Positions 63,501 through 64,000 of a stretch of DNA of 64,000 nt are shown here, piece by piece. Position 1 is the first letter of the stretch. Every line of letters begins with the position of its first letter. The stretch is from Haliotis cracherodii. Its lineage: Eukaryota. The stretch spans positions 33,356,001-33,420,000 of the forward strand of contig NW_027266267.1 of assembly GCF_022045235.1 (NCBI RefSeq), in the 5' to 3' direction. The notes under the pieces were generated by a model that was given only the letters and a program-made list of their open reading frames with translations, did no database searches and was not told the origin of the DNA. The translations under genes were made by a program, and so were the position numbers.

Positions 63501-64000
63501 ACAACCAACTAAAACCACACAATCCTTCCGACTCCCAAATAACCAATCAATATTCACGGCCGAACTAATGGGCATGGCCTCAGCCCTCCACAATCAAGAA
63601 TCCAAAAACAACCAAAAAATCCTAATACTTACTGACTCCCTAAGTGGACTACAAGCCCTCCAAAACAAAAATACCAAAAACCGACCTAAATTAATAAATC
63701 AAATACTTAAAAGCTCCAACGACCTAACAAAAGCAGGCAAACAAATAACCTTCTTGTGGATACCCGCCCACGTAGGAATATACGGCAATGAAAACGCCGA
63801 TAAAGCAGCTAAACTATCCCTCAAAATCCCAGAAATAAGCTTAAACTTACCCATCTCAAAATCAGAAATTAAAAGTGTAAACAAACAAAAAATCACCAAA
63901 AAATGGCATAACCTATATCTAAACTCAAATAGCCAAATCAAAAGAGTGCTCAGCAAACCACTAACCAAACCAAAAATTCTCCATCCATCCAAAAAAATCG
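60532..64000 (+). CDS. LINE A ORF2: AP endonuclease - reverse transcriptase - RNase H (partial, open at window end)
   Basis: Endonuclease motifs MEGLNIFQWNANG, CIQETK, GDFNAHH, GSDHFPI; RT motifs YRPISLTS, FLDFSKAFD, GTPQGSILSP, KFADDG; RNase H motifs IYTDGS, LTDSLS, WIPAHVGIYGNENAD. All spot-checked motifs are in one frame, and the ORF track shows no stop-terminated + ORF here. Confidence 0.93.
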   Translation, partial: MEGLNIFQWNANGLTSHGHELKTKFKLNKGPHIACIQETKFSKKSKFTLPNYNSVRTDRAKPKTRRAAGGLIIFIREDINYEEIKIDTPNLEANGIKITLNNRNINIINIYHWAEQKVQPEDLNKLLQISDKSTIFLGDFNAHHPTWSIDDKIDNHGKLISEWIETNDLVLLNSNQPTRYDKINKKMSAIDLTICTADLAQSTQWEVHDVPLGSDHFPINITIGNTNVPIQTENQEPKFHYNKANWDQFQDICNEANLNEIENNDPETYCKNLTDYIINAAKTSIPFKTSKTGKPTVPWWNEEIEQTRRKRKSAFNKAKRDYKYLNIAHELNHQVQKLVQIAKSRDWKKFCEGINNRTDARTVWRKIHAIRGLKRHKKNPNINNSTNPAQKANNLANHFSAVSSNSNFSQKFQDKLKTENKPTKEPNNNNLEINQPYTMEELLYVIQNRKKGTAPGLDLTSYQIIKKLPLKLLQALLKLYNLIYLNGQVPTPWKQALVIPIPKPNKPANQANSYRPISLTSNLCKVMESMAKNRLQHYLTQNNTINPDQSGFTPGRSTLDNLARLEQDIKTGQLNKQYTTGIFLDFSKAFDMVWHDGLIQKLKKIGLKGQIINYIQDFLNNRKITVCIDQTLSDQCPLENGTPQGSILSPTLFNIMINDLFEGLSPKVNTSKFADDGAIWIRTKSMKMAKNLLQKSLYKIQQWADKWGFSLNSEKTTGIVFKHKNMKPASPILQLNNQTIKFQKQTKFLGLIFDEHLTWDAHIQNLTTKCSKDLNTLRCLTGSNWGASKDTLLSLYISLIRSKLDYGCAIYNTLNNSLSKKLDSIQYQALKLITRTQHGTSYTSLQALTGEMPLSLRREQLSLNFWAASQSNPLIQNLINQNISPKNQALARKHPLLTPISQRITNYLNEHQIKNLKQNCKQSNIFTPKLKIPKIDTTLASQINKQTDPNIAKTTTLAYIHKNWPNWCHIYTDGSSDPTSKHTGFGVHTTQPTKTTQSFRLPNNQSIFTAELMGMASALHNQESKNNQKILILTDSLSGLQALQNKNTKNRPKLINQILKSSNDLTKAGKQITFLWIPAHVGIYGNENADKAAKLSLKIPEISLNLPISKSEIKSVNKQKITKKWHNLYLNSNSQIKRVLSKPLTKPKILHPSKKI

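Larger units (their letters stand above)
58249..64000 (+). mobile_element. LINE family A (I/Nimb-type non-LTR retrotransposon with RNase H), apparently full-length; runs off the window end
   Basis: Begins at an initiator-like atCAGTTgc, followed by a ~630-bp C/A-rich 5'UTR, ORF1 and ORF2 (see below). The 5' boundary is inferred. Confidence 0.9.

Overview
Eukaryotic, repeat-rich animal DNA, most consistent with a mollusc and possibly a gastropod such as abalone. This is inferred from the SINE families and gene types and is not proven. Two spliced host genes for small secreted proteins can be assembled by hand. Gene 1 (- strand, 3 exons, 19765->6194, ~226 aa) is signal peptide + PAN/apple + EB/EGF-like + PAN/apple. 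Gene 2 (+ strand, 32590->44983, ~189 aa if one decayed exon is skipped) is signal peptide + Thr-rich linker + WSC. Most long ORFs in the track between 4.1-13 kb, 32.8-34.9 kb and 45.5-46.8 kb are artefacts of four minisatellites (42, ~27, ~24 and 48 bp units). The remainder is a layered transposon landscape: ~15 copies of a headless Meta/MESC-core SINE, three tRNA-headed SINE types, Penelope-like remnants with hammerhead-like motifs, Tc1, Academ-like, Crypton-like, Gypsy and old LINE relics, and a SINE-split BIR (IAP) pseudogene. From 50.7 kb to the window end lies a nested cluster of two I/Nimb-type RNase H LINE families. It includes an apparently intact, strongly A+C-skewed copy, a TSD-bounded 5'-inverted copy, and a LINE-in-LINE insertion. 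All family assignments come from motif recognition, not database searches.
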